A stretch of DNA of 62,962 nt, filler included, from Nitrospinota bacterium (lineage in GTDB: Bacteria; JAUXIQ01), in assembly GCA_030620925.1 (NCBI GenBank). It is 16 parts of 16 records of this genome, joined end to end, with 100 filler letters (N's around TTAATTAATTAA, not from the genome) between each part and the next. Parts side by side here need not be neighbours in the genome. Positions count along the whole stretch, not along the records: positions 1 to 5,983 come from JAUXIQ010000142.1; positions 6,084 to 11,498 come from JAUXIQ010000162.1; 14 more parts are not named here. One strand, written 5' to 3'. The notes below the pieces were generated by a model that did no database searches, had not been told where the DNA came from, and worked only from the letters and a program-made list of their open reading frames with translations. This document shows, piece after piece, positions 1 to 8,958 of the stretch. The translations under genes and the position numbers were made by a program. The number at the start of each line of letters is the position of its first letter. Position 1 is the stretch's first letter.

Positions 1-240
1 AATATGGCCGGTTGCCCATATTAATGGGCGTTCTGAGACCTCATTTTTTTAAGCCTCGAACCCAACCAGAAAAAAGTACGATCTTACCACCCCGCAACGC
101 CTCTCGGGGACACTGAAGCCGTAATTAAGGTAGTAATTGCCTATTGAAATATTGAGGTCATCGGTAGGCATGTTGGGTGTGGAGTACAGGGAGAACTCTT
201 GATTGAGTACGCGGAATGAACCGAAGGGTAGGATTAAAGA

Positions 241-272
241 AAAGGGGCCAGCCTCATCAGGCTAACCCCTTT
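241..272 (-). terminator. Hairpin directly downstream (minus strand) of the tRNA-Ala 3' fragment; likely intrinsic terminator
   Basis: aaagggg-ccagcct...aggct-aa-ccccttt inverted repeat with A/T tails. Confidence 0.6.
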
Positions 273-279
273 AATTATT

Positions 280-321
280 TGGTGGAGGGTATCGGGATCG
301 AACCGATGACCTGCTGATTGC
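280..321 (-). mobile_element. tRNA-Ala 3' half (att-like duplication; 5' half absent)
   Basis: Reverse complement GCAATCAGCAGGTC-ATCGG-TTCGATC-CCGAT-ACCCTCC-A-CCA: perfect T-arm, U70 and A73 (Ala identity elements), CCA end; no D-arm or 5' acceptor strand upstream. Confidence 0.8.
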
Positions 322-401
322 GCCTACACTGCATAATTCTATAGCAATCAAAATGTATTCCATCACAGCATCGACAAAACATACTGTTTTTAAAGACAAA
401 A

Positions 402-443
402 TAGTGGAGGGTAAGGGATTCGAACCCGAATATGAAGATTGCG
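402..443 (-). mobile_element. Second, degenerate tRNA-Ala-like 3' fragment (att scar)
   Basis: Reverse complement CGCAATCTTCATATTCGGG-TTCGAAT-CCCTTACCCTCCACTA; shares GCAATC, TTCGA and TACCCTCCA with the 280-321 copy. Confidence 0.6.
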
Positions 444-882
444 AAGCCAAAAAGGCTAATTTTCATAAGGGCTTGATTTTACGTCTGGTTTCCCCTTTTT
501 TCACTAAATTCAAAGGCTTACTCTAATTCCAATACGTCCATAGGGTTCATTTGAGCCCATAGAGTTTGACTGCGTTTATCACGTTTTTATCACACTGGCG
601 GGGGTGCAGCCCCGGTTAAGAGAGTTCATGTCAGCACACTTATATTGATATCAAGTTGTTTTTTCTTGACAAGTATACTGGCTGTGAATAATAATGCACA
701 TCTCCGGTAAACTATTTTTATTTAAAACAGACATACTAGTTCTATAGGATTAGTATGCGGTGATTAACGTAGAAATGATATTCACTCCCGGGTCCCCTTA
801 TTATATGAAGATAGCCGGGGCAAGGACGATGGGTTTTACACAATCCATCCATAGCTCTACTCGATTAGCATGAAAATATAGT

Positions 883-2280
883 ATGAAAATAGCAGATGCA
901 CTGCACAAGGTTTGGCTAAATTACATTTGTAAAGATGATGCATTATCGAAGAATGCTGTAGTAAAGTCGCTTGGTGATGTGGGCATCGATACATACACAC
1001 CGAACTCCTGTCCGAACAAAGGCCCCGGTCTTCTTTTCTTTGACGAATTCGACCAATCAATCTGTGATTTCCTGCGTGAAAGTAGTCATTGCGGCCTCGA
1101 AAAGGTGCTGGCTATAACAACACCAGCGGCAACTTTAGCCGAAGGCGATGTCTGGCGCATATTAAAAGCCGGTGTATCAGACGTTATGGTCTGGAATGAT
1201 TCCGACAAATCGGCTAAGGAGGTTTTGGCACGATTAGAAAGATGGCGATATATAGATGACTTGTTGCGCTCACCACTGGTAAGGAATAATCTGATAGGGC
1301 AGAGTCCGGCATGGCTCTCTGCCCTGGCGCAGATGGTTGGAGTAACAAGCTTTAATGACGCATCAATCCTGCTCATCGGGGAAACGGGGACAGGCAAGGA
1401 GTTGTTGGCGAAGCTGTTGCATACCATGGGCACGCGGCCTGACAAAGGTGACCTCGTGGTACTGGACTGCACCACTATCGTGCCTGAGTTGTCGGGCAGT
1501 GAGTTCTTTGGCCATGAGCGCGGCGCCTTCACGGGTGCCGTTGCATCTCGCGACGGAGCCTTTGCAATGGCCAACGGCGGCTCTCTGTTCCTGGACGAGG
1601 TTGGAGATTTGCCGCTTGAGCTCCAGGCCCAGTTACTGCGTGTTATTCAAGAGCGCACCTACAAGCGTGTGGGGGGCAATACCTGGTATAATACGGACTT
1701 CAGGCTTATCTGTGCGACCAACAAGGATTTGTCCGCAGAGGTAAAAAATGGGGGCTTCCGCAGTGATTTATTCTATAGAATAGCTGGAGAGACCTGCAGA
1801 GTGCCCCCGCTCCGTGAACGTACCGAAGATATAATCCAGCTTGCAACCCACTTTATCAAGCAACTTCGGCCTGAAGAGAAGCCCCTTGAAATGAATTGGT
1901 TTGTAAAAAAATTCCTGTTGAGCCGTAAATACCCCGGCAATGTGCGCGAGCTGCAACAACTGGTATCCCGCATGATGTATCGCCATGTGGGTACGGGTCC
2001 GATCACCATTGGAGACATCCCGGAGGATGAGCGCAATGATAGCATGCTCGATATCGCTTCACGGGAATGGATCGATAAGTCTTTCGATAGATCTATCCGT
2101 CGCGCAATCTCACATGGTGTTGGGCTAAAGGATATAGGCCGTGCAGCGGAAAACGCTGCGTTTCGTATAGCGCTCCGGGAAGAGAACGACAACTCTGAGC
2201 GAGCGGCACGCAAGCTGGGGATAACAAAGCGGGCGGTGCAGGAGCGTAAGGCCGGCCGTCTTAAAAGCTGGAACGCTTAA
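883..2280 (+). CDS. Sigma54-dependent transcriptional activator (degenerate receiver-like N-terminus, AAA+, Fis-type HTH)
   Basis: GETGTGKE Walker A, GAFTGA, LFLDEVG Walker B, YPGNVREL, C-terminal RAARKLGIT. Confidence 0.93.
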   Translation: MKIADALHKVWLNYICKDDALSKNAVVKSLGDVGIDTYTPNSCPNKGPGLLFFDEFDQSICDFLRESSHCGLEKVLAITTPAATLAEGDVWRILKAGVSDVMVWNDSDKSAKEVLARLERWRYIDDLLRSPLVRNNLIGQSPAWLSALAQMVGVTSFNDASILLIGETGTGKELLAKLLHTMGTRPDKGDLVVLDCTTIVPELSGSEFFGHERGAFTGAVASRDGAFAMANGGSLFLDEVGDLPLELQAQLLRVIQERTYKRVGGNTWYNTDFRLICATNKDLSAEVKNGGFRSDLFYRIAGETCRVPPLRERTEDIIQLATHFIKQLRPEEKPLEMNWFVKKFLLSRKYPGNVRELQQLVSRMMYRHVGTGPITIGDIPEDERNDSMLDIASREWIDKSFDRSIRRAISHGVGLKDIGRAAENAAFRIALREENDNSERAARKLGITKRAVQERKAGRLKSWNA

Positions 2281-2340
2281 GGAGGCCCCCGTATACGTAC
2301 TGGGCATATACGACAAACTCTTCGAGGCCGTGGCGTTCAC

Positions 2341-3159
2341 TCAGCGAAGGACTCTAACGTTACCTGCCGCTTTGCCGGCCGCGTAGGGGTCTATCACCCG
2401 CGCAAGCGGCCGCGTACGCACCCCCCTGATCAGCCTTAGAAGGTTCCCTCCCAATACGAGCTGTTCATCCGATGGGGAAAGGCCAAGGGCGCGCACCTTA
2501 GCCAGCTCAAGACCGGGGTGCAGCCACGGGCCGTCTGAACCGAAGAGTATCTTCTTAGCACCCGCCTCCCGGACGGCTCTTTCTAGCAGATCAAAGCTGC
2601 GGACGCCGGAGGTATCTGCAAAGATATTCGGGCGGCGGACCAGATGGTCGGTCAATGCAAACTGCGCTTTCCAGTCATCCGAAAAGCTACCCATGTGCGG
2701 AATGATGAAAGCGACATCGGGGTATTGTGACGCCAGAAGCTCCACCATCGGCACCTCACCCCCGACGTCATATAGTATCGGCAGTTTAAAGGCACGTCCG
2801 GCCTCACAGACCTCTCTTGTTATACGCGCATCGTGGCGGTGCACCTTGATTCCACAAAAACCGTATCTCTGAACCGCCTCCCTTATCATTGAATTTATAC
2901 GCCCTCTATCCCGCTTAGGGTGGACCATGGCAAACCCGTAGAAGCGGCCCGGGCTGCCGGCAACGATCCGCGCCAGCTCCCTGTTAGCCGCTCTGTAGTT
3001 GTTGCCGAATGCCGGAAAGAGCACCGTTCGCTTGATCCCCGCCTTTACAGCTCTTTTTATATAGCGTTCAAGCGGCGCCGCCGTATCCCATGGACCGGTA
3101 AAGCCGTCCCCCTTGCCTGCGTGACAGTGGCAGTCTATGATAACCGAAGGTGTCTTCAT
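2341..3159 (-). CDS. Amidohydrolase_2 family metal-dependent hydrolase
   Basis: IDCHCH, GIKVH, PHMG, ILFGSDGP motifs. Confidence 0.88.
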   Translation of the reverse strand: MKTPSVIIDCHCHAGKGDGFTGPWDTAAPLERYIKRAVKAGIKRTVLFPAFGNNYRAANRELARIVAGSPGRFYGFAMVHPKRDRGRINSMIREAVQRYGFCGIKVHRHDARITREVCEAGRAFKLPILYDVGGEVPMVELLASQYPDVAFIIPHMGSFSDDWKAQFALTDHLVRRPNIFADTSGVRSFDLLERAVREAGAKKILFGSDGPWLHPGLELAKVRALGLSPSDEQLVLGGNLLRLIRGVRTRPLARVIDPYAAGKAAGNVRVLR

Positions 3160-4634
3160 GCATTACCTCGAAGTGCCGCCGGCATGCGCTTTACCCGTCC
3201 TTTCGCAGGATGGGCCATCAGGCTTCGTCTGGAGGCGATCTCCGCCAAAAACCTGATGCAGGCCGCTATGCCTTTGTAAAAGTTGGGTAGATGAAACTTT
3301 TCATCAGGGGCATGGATACGGTCGCCGGGCAGTCCGAAGCCCATGAGAACCGTAGGAACGCCGAGTATCTCCTTGAAGAGATTTACAGCCGGTATCGTTC
3401 CGCCCGACCGGACGAATACGGGTTTTGAACCGAAGGCCTTGCTATATGCCGCTTCTGCCGCATTTATGGAAAAGTGGTTGCGGTTGATCTCTATGGGTTT
3501 GGCGCTGAGCGTTGTGCGAATAGAGCAATGGACGGTTCGCGGGGTGATACGCCTGATGTGCCGGCGAACCAGATCTTCGATTTCGCGAGGTTGCTGTCCT
3601 TTGACGAGGCGAAAGCCGAGCTTTGCCCGGGCAAGTGCGGGGATTATCGATTTGTTCCCCTTGCCCTGGTACCCCCCGGTGATCCCGTTAATGGTCAGGG
3701 CGGGACGGATCGTTGTCCTCTCGTACTGCGTGAATCCGTATTCGCCCCGGCCTTTTTCCACCTGTGCGTCACGGGTGATCCGCGCGTCGCTCGGGCCGAC
3801 GGTCTTCATATAGGCGCGCTCCTCTTCGCCGTACTCCAGTACGCGATCATAAAAACCCGGTATCGCTATTCGCCGGTTCTTATCATGCAGCCCGGCTATC
3901 ATCTCGCAAAGGACCTGGACGGGGTCGTGAACCGCCCCGCCGAACTTGCCTGAGTGCAAGTCCGCTTCCGGACCTCTCACTTCCAGCTCCATACTGAGCG
4001 CGCCGCGCAGCGAACAGGTGATAGCCGGGCGGTCCGGTGCGGGGATGCTTGAATCGGACAGAACCGCAACGTCCGCCCCGAGCGCCCCCCTGTTTCGTGT
4101 TAAAAAAGAGGGCAGGTTCGGGCTGCCGATCTCCTCCTCCCCCTCGAATATGCACTTGATATTTATCGGCAGTCTGCCGCCGGCCGTGCGGAGGCAGGAC
4201 TCGAGCGCCTTTATCTGGGCCAGTAGCTGCCCCTTGTCGTCGGACGCCCCCCTGCCGTAAAGATCGTTGCCCCGGATCCTGGGCTCGAACGGCGGTGAGG
4301 ACCACTCATCGACCGGGTCTACCGGCTGTACGTCGTAGTGCCCGTAGAAGAGAACGGTAGGTCCGTCCGGCCTGCCGCGCGAATCGGCGTAGACCAACGG
4401 ATGACGACGGGTCGGGATGACCTTTACATTCTTAAGCCCCGCCCGTCTCAAGTGCTTCGCCAGCCACAGCGCGCCCCTCTTCACATCCTCTTTGTGCCTC
4501 GGCTGGGCGCTGACGGTCGGGATGCGGACGAAGTCCGTAAGCTCCGAAAGAAAGCGCTTGGAGTTGGCCCTGGCGTATGCGAGGGGGCCTGCAACATCAA
4601 ACATAAGACCGGTACCTCGACTCTCTTCGTTCAA
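3156..4634 (-). CDS. M20 family dipeptidase/deacylase
   Basis: YGHYDVQP, RGASDDKG, EGEEEIGS, DLHSG, HAPDE. Confidence 0.92.
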   Translation of the reverse strand: MNEESRGTGLMFDVAGPLAYARANSKRFLSELTDFVRIPTVSAQPRHKEDVKRGALWLAKHLRRAGLKNVKVIPTRRHPLVYADSRGRPDGPTVLFYGHYDVQPVDPVDEWSSPPFEPRIRGNDLYGRGASDDKGQLLAQIKALESCLRTAGGRLPINIKCIFEGEEEIGSPNLPSFLTRNRGALGADVAVLSDSSIPAPDRPAITCSLRGALSMELEVRGPEADLHSGKFGGAVHDPVQVLCEMIAGLHDKNRRIAIPGFYDRVLEYGEEERAYMKTVGPSDARITRDAQVEKGRGEYGFTQYERTTIRPALTINGITGGYQGKGNKSIIPALARAKLGFRLVKGQQPREIEDLVRRHIRRITPRTVHCSIRTTLSAKPIEINRNHFSINAAEAAYSKAFGSKPVFVRSGGTIPAVNLFKEILGVPTVLMGFGLPGDRIHAPDEKFHLPNFYKGIAACIRFLAEIASRRSLMAHPAKGRVKRMPAALRGNA

Positions 4635-5656
4635 ATCGTGTGTGCTATAATAAAGTCTCTCACGTCGTCGTCGATAAAGACGGCCCTGTTGCCCCTCCCG
4701 CCGAGGCTGCGGGCCGATATATGAATGCCGACCAGGACGCGGCCGCCCTTGCTGGGGTGGCGCCTCACCCAGACGGGGCTCCCGCTGTGCCCGCCACAGG
4801 TGTCGTTCAAATAAGAGAGTATGCCAGTAGCCCTATGAAGCCTCACCGTCTGGTTGTAAGAACGGTACTGGTACGTTCCGCATAACGGGCTCCGGCCCGG
4901 GGCATCGAAGCCCCGCGCAGCGCAGCTGCGTCGCGACGCCGAGGAGCGGCACCCGAGTAGTCGTCCTCTCCGTCTCGCCCTTCGCATGCTCGCGGGACGG
5001 CCCGGGTCTGCCAGGTCCCCCGGATAACCGGAGATGTTAACCTTCAGCACGCCCGCCCTCAGCGGAAGCGGGCCGGTGAGCATGCTTGTACCGGTGCTGC
5101 CTCCGGGTCCGGGCCTGTAGGTACGGCCCCAGTCGCCAACGGTGTTTCCGAGAGGGTCATCCAGATGGATAATGGCGTAGTCGGTCTGGGTTGTCGGTTC
5201 ATAAATGTTGGCACCAACGGGCAGTTCACTGTTGCGCACCCCGCTGCGGCCAAACGGGGAGGTCGCCCCGTTGCGCCCCGGGATTACCCGCAATCTCGCA
5301 TCAGGAATTTTATTGTCATCTTCATCATGCAGGACATGCCCGGCGGTCAGCACGGTTCTGGGGCCTATGAGTGTGCCGGTGCCCCACGGTATCCAGTCGC
5401 CAACATCGGGGTGGTTCACTTCGATGCTGCAGATGTAGCGGAAGGGCACCCGGGTCGTATGCAAAATGGGCCTGCGCGTGTCCACCCCCAATATCTCGCG
5501 CTCATAAGCGTTATCGGCCCCGCCGAAGCCGCCGTATATCTCCGAATCTTCGTCCGGGAGCTCATCGCTCAGGAACTCATCGAAGATCTCCTTGGAGGGG
5601 TAGAGATCATCAAAGCCTCCTACCTCCTTCTGTCTATTGCCTGAACAGCATGTCAT
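4631..5656 (-). CDS. Trypsin-fold serine protease, V8/glutamyl endopeptidase-like, with acidic pro-region and no signal peptide
   Basis: LTAGHV, TDYAII, GYPGD, DTCGGHSGSPV, VGIH. Confidence 0.88.
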   Translation of the reverse strand: MTCCSGNRQKEVGGFDDLYPSKEIFDEFLSDELPDEDSEIYGGFGGADNAYEREILGVDTRRPILHTTRVPFRYICSIEVNHPDVGDWIPWGTGTLIGPRTVLTAGHVLHDEDDNKIPDARLRVIPGRNGATSPFGRSGVRNSELPVGANIYEPTTQTDYAIIHLDDPLGNTVGDWGRTYRPGPGGSTGTSMLTGPLPLRAGVLKVNISGYPGDLADPGRPASMRRARRRGRLLGCRSSASRRSCAARGFDAPGRSPLCGTYQYRSYNQTVRLHRATGILSYLNDTCGGHSGSPVWVRRHPSKGGRVLVGIHISARSLGGRGNRAVFIDDDVRDFIIAHTI

Positions 5657-5983
5657 CTTCCACCTCCTATTCGTAGAGTTGCACCATTTACGCTTCTTAT
5701 CGATGCGGCTTTAGCGAGAGCTTGCACCGCACGGTCGATATCTTCCGGGGCGTGGGCAGCCGTGATGATAAAGCTGATCTTCGCACCGCCTCCGCCCCCG
5801 CTCGTCAGAACCGTCCTGACCCCGGCGTCCGACAGCCGCCCGTAAAGAGAGACGGCATCGAGGCCCGGTACCGGTGCAAGCGTCTGTACGGGAAACAGTC
5901 CGCCGGTGCAGGAGAAGCCCGCGGTCTTAAGCCGGCCCCTGAAGTGCCGGATGAGCCGGAGCAGCCGCGACCTCAAGCGCTCC
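5653..5983 (-). CDS. PLP-dependent class I/II aminotransferase (BioF/AONS-like), C-terminal fragment cut by contig end
   Basis: FPVQTL and KISFIITAAHAPEDIDRAV resemble the AONS C-terminal small domain. Confidence 0.65.
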
Positions 5984-6083
5984 NNNNNNNNNNNNNNNNN
6001 NNNNNNNNNNNNNNNNNNNNNNNNNNNTTAATTAATTAANNNNNNNNNNNNNNNNNNNNNNNNNNNNNNNNNNNNNNNNNNNN
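5984..6083. other. Artificial contig spacer N44-TTAATTAATTAA-N44; identical copies start at 11499, 15199, 19064, 22487, 26877, 29512, 33279, 35895, 38687, 43454, 46712, 52048, 55136, 59915
   Basis: Constant 100-bp length, stops in all six frames, genes truncated on both sides. Confidence 0.99.
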
Positions 6084-6172
6084 AGCTCCCCGCATCGGTG
6101 CGGGGCAGGTATAGATTGCTGGGATACAACGTGGAGTTTCACGGGGTTTGCAAAGAGTGTGAAGGAGTCTGA
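6084..6172 (+). CDS. Fur/PerR-family regulator, C-terminal fragment
   Basis: Translates to ...YRLLGYNVEFHGVCKECEGV*, the Fur-family C-terminal GxCxxC; directly upstream of a rubrerythrin. Confidence 0.75.
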
Positions 6173-6186
6173 TTTTTTACCCGGTA

Positions 6187-6206
6187 TTTAGAATTAATAC
6201 TATAAA
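6187..6206. promoter_or_regulatory. AT-rich near-palindrome, candidate PerR/Fur box
   Basis: TAGAATTAATACTA (12 of 14 positions self-complementary) upstream of rubrerythrin. Confidence 0.4.
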
Positions 6207-6348
6207 GTAAACATGCTAATATAGTCGCTCTTCACTCCACTTTCACCCGCCTGTGGCCCTCGGGCCGGGCTTAACCGATAAAAGGTGTTGTTTTATTTGA
6301 CCTCAGAGGTCATACCCCTGATCCTAAACCAAACGAGGAGATTTGAAG

Positions 6349-6768
6349 ATGGCAGAACTGATCAACGAAGTAGCGCTGGGCGTTTCCAAGGGAACCGAAG
6401 TAGAAGAAGCCGTAGACCAGAACTTCCGGGGCGAGACCATGGAAGTAGGCCTATATCTGGCCATGGCGCGGCAGGCGGAACGGGAAGGCTATCCTGAAGT
6501 GGCCAGGACGCTTGAGGCCATCGCCTGGGACGAAGCGCAGCACGCCGCCCACTTCGCCGAGCTTAACGGCAAGATCAGCACCAGCACCAAAGAAAACATC
6601 GCCAAGATGCTCTCCGGCGAGCAGGCCGCCAACAAGATGAAAAAGGAAGCGGCCATCAAGGCCAAGGAGACGGAGTGCGACCCGGCCCACGATTTCTTCG
6701 ACGAATCTTCCCGCGATGAGGGGAGGCACGCCAGGGCACTCGAAGGGCTCCTCAAACGCTACTTCTAA
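6349..6768 (+). CDS. Rubrerythrin-family ferritin-like diiron protein lacking a rubredoxin domain
   Basis: [40 protein letters not shown]. Confidence 0.88.
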   Translation: MAELINEVALGVSKGTEVEEAVDQNFRGETMEVGLYLAMARQAEREGYPEVARTLEAIAWDEAQHAAHFAELNGKISTSTKENIAKMLSGEQAANKMKKEAAIKAKETECDPAHDFFDESSRDEGRHARALEGLLKRYF

Positions 6769-6788
6769 TCGCTCCTTCACTCAGAAAG

Positions 6789-6821
6789 AAAAGCCGGGGT
6801 GTTTTTAAGACCCCGGCTTTT
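6789..6821. terminator. Bidirectional intrinsic terminator
   Basis: aaaagccggggt...accccggctttt between convergent genes. Confidence 0.85.
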
Positions 6822-6843
6822 CTTACCTCAAACGGGCGGTGCT

Positions 6844-7812
6844 TCATCTGGAAGAATCGGCCCGCACAGCGCTGCCGGTGCTCAACGAATGGATTTTCGA
6901 GCATATCTCTCCGGCGCCTGCGATGATACCATCAACGAGTTCTTTAACGCTCACTATGTCATTTATCATCCCACACACCTGCACAGCGGCCATTGTGCTT
7001 CCCTGACGATAACCCCCGTCGACCGAGTTCCTGGGCTTCATGGCCCTCAGCTCTTCCTCCGATGCGCCCCCGGCCTCCGCCTCCATATACTCCCGCATGG
7101 CTTCGTTCAGGATAACCCTCACCGGCTTGCCGGTGAAAATAGTGCTCACCGTGGTCTGCTCTTCGCTGCTGTTCAGTATCAGTTCTTTCAGCTCGGGCGG
7201 CGCGGTGCTTTCATCGGTGGCGATGAACCGCGTCCCTATCTGCACCCCGGCAGCGCCCATGGCCAGCGCGGCGACAAAACCGCGGGCGTCGGCGAAGCCG
7301 CCCGCCGCCACCACCGGCAGCTTCACGGCGTCCACCACCTGGGGCACAAGGGGAAGCGTGGATACCTTCCCCACGTGACCGCCGGCTTCACACCCGGAAG
7401 CCACGATGACGTCCGCCCCCTCTTCCTCGAGCCTCAGCGCATGCCTGGCGGTGGGGACCACCGGTATCACGGTTATGCCGTGCTCTTTGAGCAGCTTCAC
7501 CACCGGTGTGCGGGGGTCTCCCCTCCCCGTGGTGGCTATGGTCACCCCTTCGGATACGGACAGCTCAGCCATCTTCTGGAACCCCGGCCCCATGGGGACC
7601 AGGTTGACGGCGAAAGGTTTATCCGTAAGGTCTCTGGTGCGCTTGATTTCATCCCTGATCTGCTCCGGCCGGTAGTAGGCCGTGGCCAGCACCCCCAGGC
7701 AGCCGGCGTTAGAGACCGCGGCCACGAAACGGGCATCGGTTACCCCGGACATGGCCCCCTGCAGAATGGGATACTTTATTCCTAACGTGTCGCAAATAAC
7801 GGTGTGGAACAT
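6844..7812 (-). CDS. Nitronate monooxygenase/FabK-like FMN enzyme
   Basis: YPILQGAM, EAGGHVG, AAGGFADARG, GVQIGTRF; likely start MFHTVIC after GGAGG. Confidence 0.88.
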   Translation of the reverse strand: MFHTVICDTLGIKYPILQGAMSGVTDARFVAAVSNAGCLGVLATAYYRPEQIRDEIKRTRDLTDKPFAVNLVPMGPGFQKMAELSVSEGVTIATTGRGDPRTPVVKLLKEHGITVIPVVPTARHALRLEEEGADVIVASGCEAGGHVGKVSTLPLVPQVVDAVKLPVVAAGGFADARGFVAALAMGAAGVQIGTRFIATDESTAPPELKELILNSSEEQTTVSTIFTGKPVRVILNEAMREYMEAEAGGASEEELRAMKPRNSVDGGYRQGSTMAAVQVCGMINDIVSVKELVDGIIAGAGEICSKIHSLSTGSAVRADSSR

Positions 7813-7832
7813 TTCCTCCCCCTGTCCGCTCC

Positions 7833-8075
7833 TTACTCGAGGGTTATGCCGCCGTAGACGCAGTAATCCACGCAGACGTTGCAGGAAGTGCACTCCTCGG
7901 TGAACCGGGTAACTTTCTCTCCTGTCGGTTTGCGCTCTATGATAATCCTTGCCTTGGAGGGATTGAAGACTTTCTCGTAGGTTATGGAGCAGATGAGCTG
8001 GCAGTTGATGCACTGCGTGCATCGGCCAACGTCTATCACCACGCTGGTGTTGTTCTCATCGACATAAGTTTCCAT
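7833..8075 (-). CDS. 4Fe-4S dicluster ferredoxin-like protein
   Basis: CTQCINCQLIC and CTSCNVCVDYC. Confidence 0.85.
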   Translation of the reverse strand: METYVDENNTSVVIDVGRCTQCINCQLICSITYEKVFNPSKARIIIERKPTGEKVTRFTEECTSCNVCVDYCVYGGITLE

Positions 8076-8126
8076 GTCTCTATCCTCTTTGGGTAGCACC
8101 GGCAGATTATCCGGAGAGGCCCCGGA

Positions 8127-8924
8127 TCAGCCCTTCTTTTTGTCCTTCTCCCCGTCCGGATAGCTGAAGGCCAGTCCCGCCGAGGGGTCCGCCTGTGCCC
8201 CCCACAGGGGGATGGGATACTTGAGCCCGGCCTTGGCCAGCCCCTGCAGCCCCTCTATGGCCTTGGGGAGAAAGCGGGGGGGCAGGGCCATCAGCATCTC
8301 ATCGTCTGCGACGTGGCCGTAGCGCCTCTCCCCGTAGCAGGGAATGGCAGCCGCGGGCTTGTCGGACAGGATGCTCTGCGAAATGGAGTCTGAACAGGCC
8401 GTTTCGCCCACGCAGAAGAACTCGTAGCGTTCGTAATCCTTCCACTGCAGCCCGTTGATGAGCAGGATGATCTGCGCCGGGTTGCCGAATAACAGGACGG
8501 TGTCCGGCGGGTCAAGCCTGCCCGAGCCCAGAGGGGAAAAAGCGGCGGCATGATACTTCCCTGCGGAAACGCGGGGGATGGCCTGCTGATGTTTTGCGGC
8601 GTCCGCCTTTTCCTTGAACCAGACTCCCGTCAGCCGGGTGCCGTCCATGAGGTCCGGTGCGGGGGTGGCAAGCCCTATGACCGTGGCGCAGTTGCCACCC
8701 ACGAAATCGTCGGCGACAACCCCCAGCGTCCACCCTATTCTCCGGGCCTGATATATCACCTGGCACATGGTAGCCTTGCCCTGCAAACGGCGGATGCGGG
8801 GGACTTTCATCATCTCCTCTTCGGATTCGAAGAGCTTTATTCCTATGGGAAGCGTCCTCAGCCTCAACATGCCCTCCAGCATCGAAGAGAGCTCCTTCCA
8901 GTTCATTGCCGCTTTATCTTCCAT
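8127..8924 (-). CDS. DUF169 family uncharacterised protein
   Basis: PIGIKLF, CQ...ARRIG, NPAQ, TACSD, PCYGERRYG. Confidence 0.8.
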   Translation of the reverse strand: MEDKAAMNWKELSSMLEGMLRLRTLPIGIKLFESEEEMMKVPRIRRLQGKATMCQVIYQARRIGWTLGVVADDFVGGNCATVIGLATPAPDLMDGTRLTGVWFKEKADAAKHQQAIPRVSAGKYHAAAFSPLGSGRLDPPDTVLLFGNPAQIILLINGLQWKDYERYEFFCVGETACSDSISQSILSDKPAAAIPCYGERRYGHVADDEMLMALPPRFLPKAIEGLQGLAKAGLKYPIPLWGAQADPSAGLAFSYPDGEKDKKKG

Positions 8925-8958
8925 GGGGTCTAACCTCCTTCTTCTCAGGGCGTCTGCT

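Noticed and set aside
280-443. Functional tRNA genes, or the 275-466 ORF
   Set aside because: Only 3' halves are present; the ORF simply runs through the att remnants.
6844-8022. 392-aa version of the NMO ORF (similar over-long starts at 31553, 15365 and 39274)
   Set aside because: The extensions overlap other genes or lack an RBS; downstream starts fit the families better.
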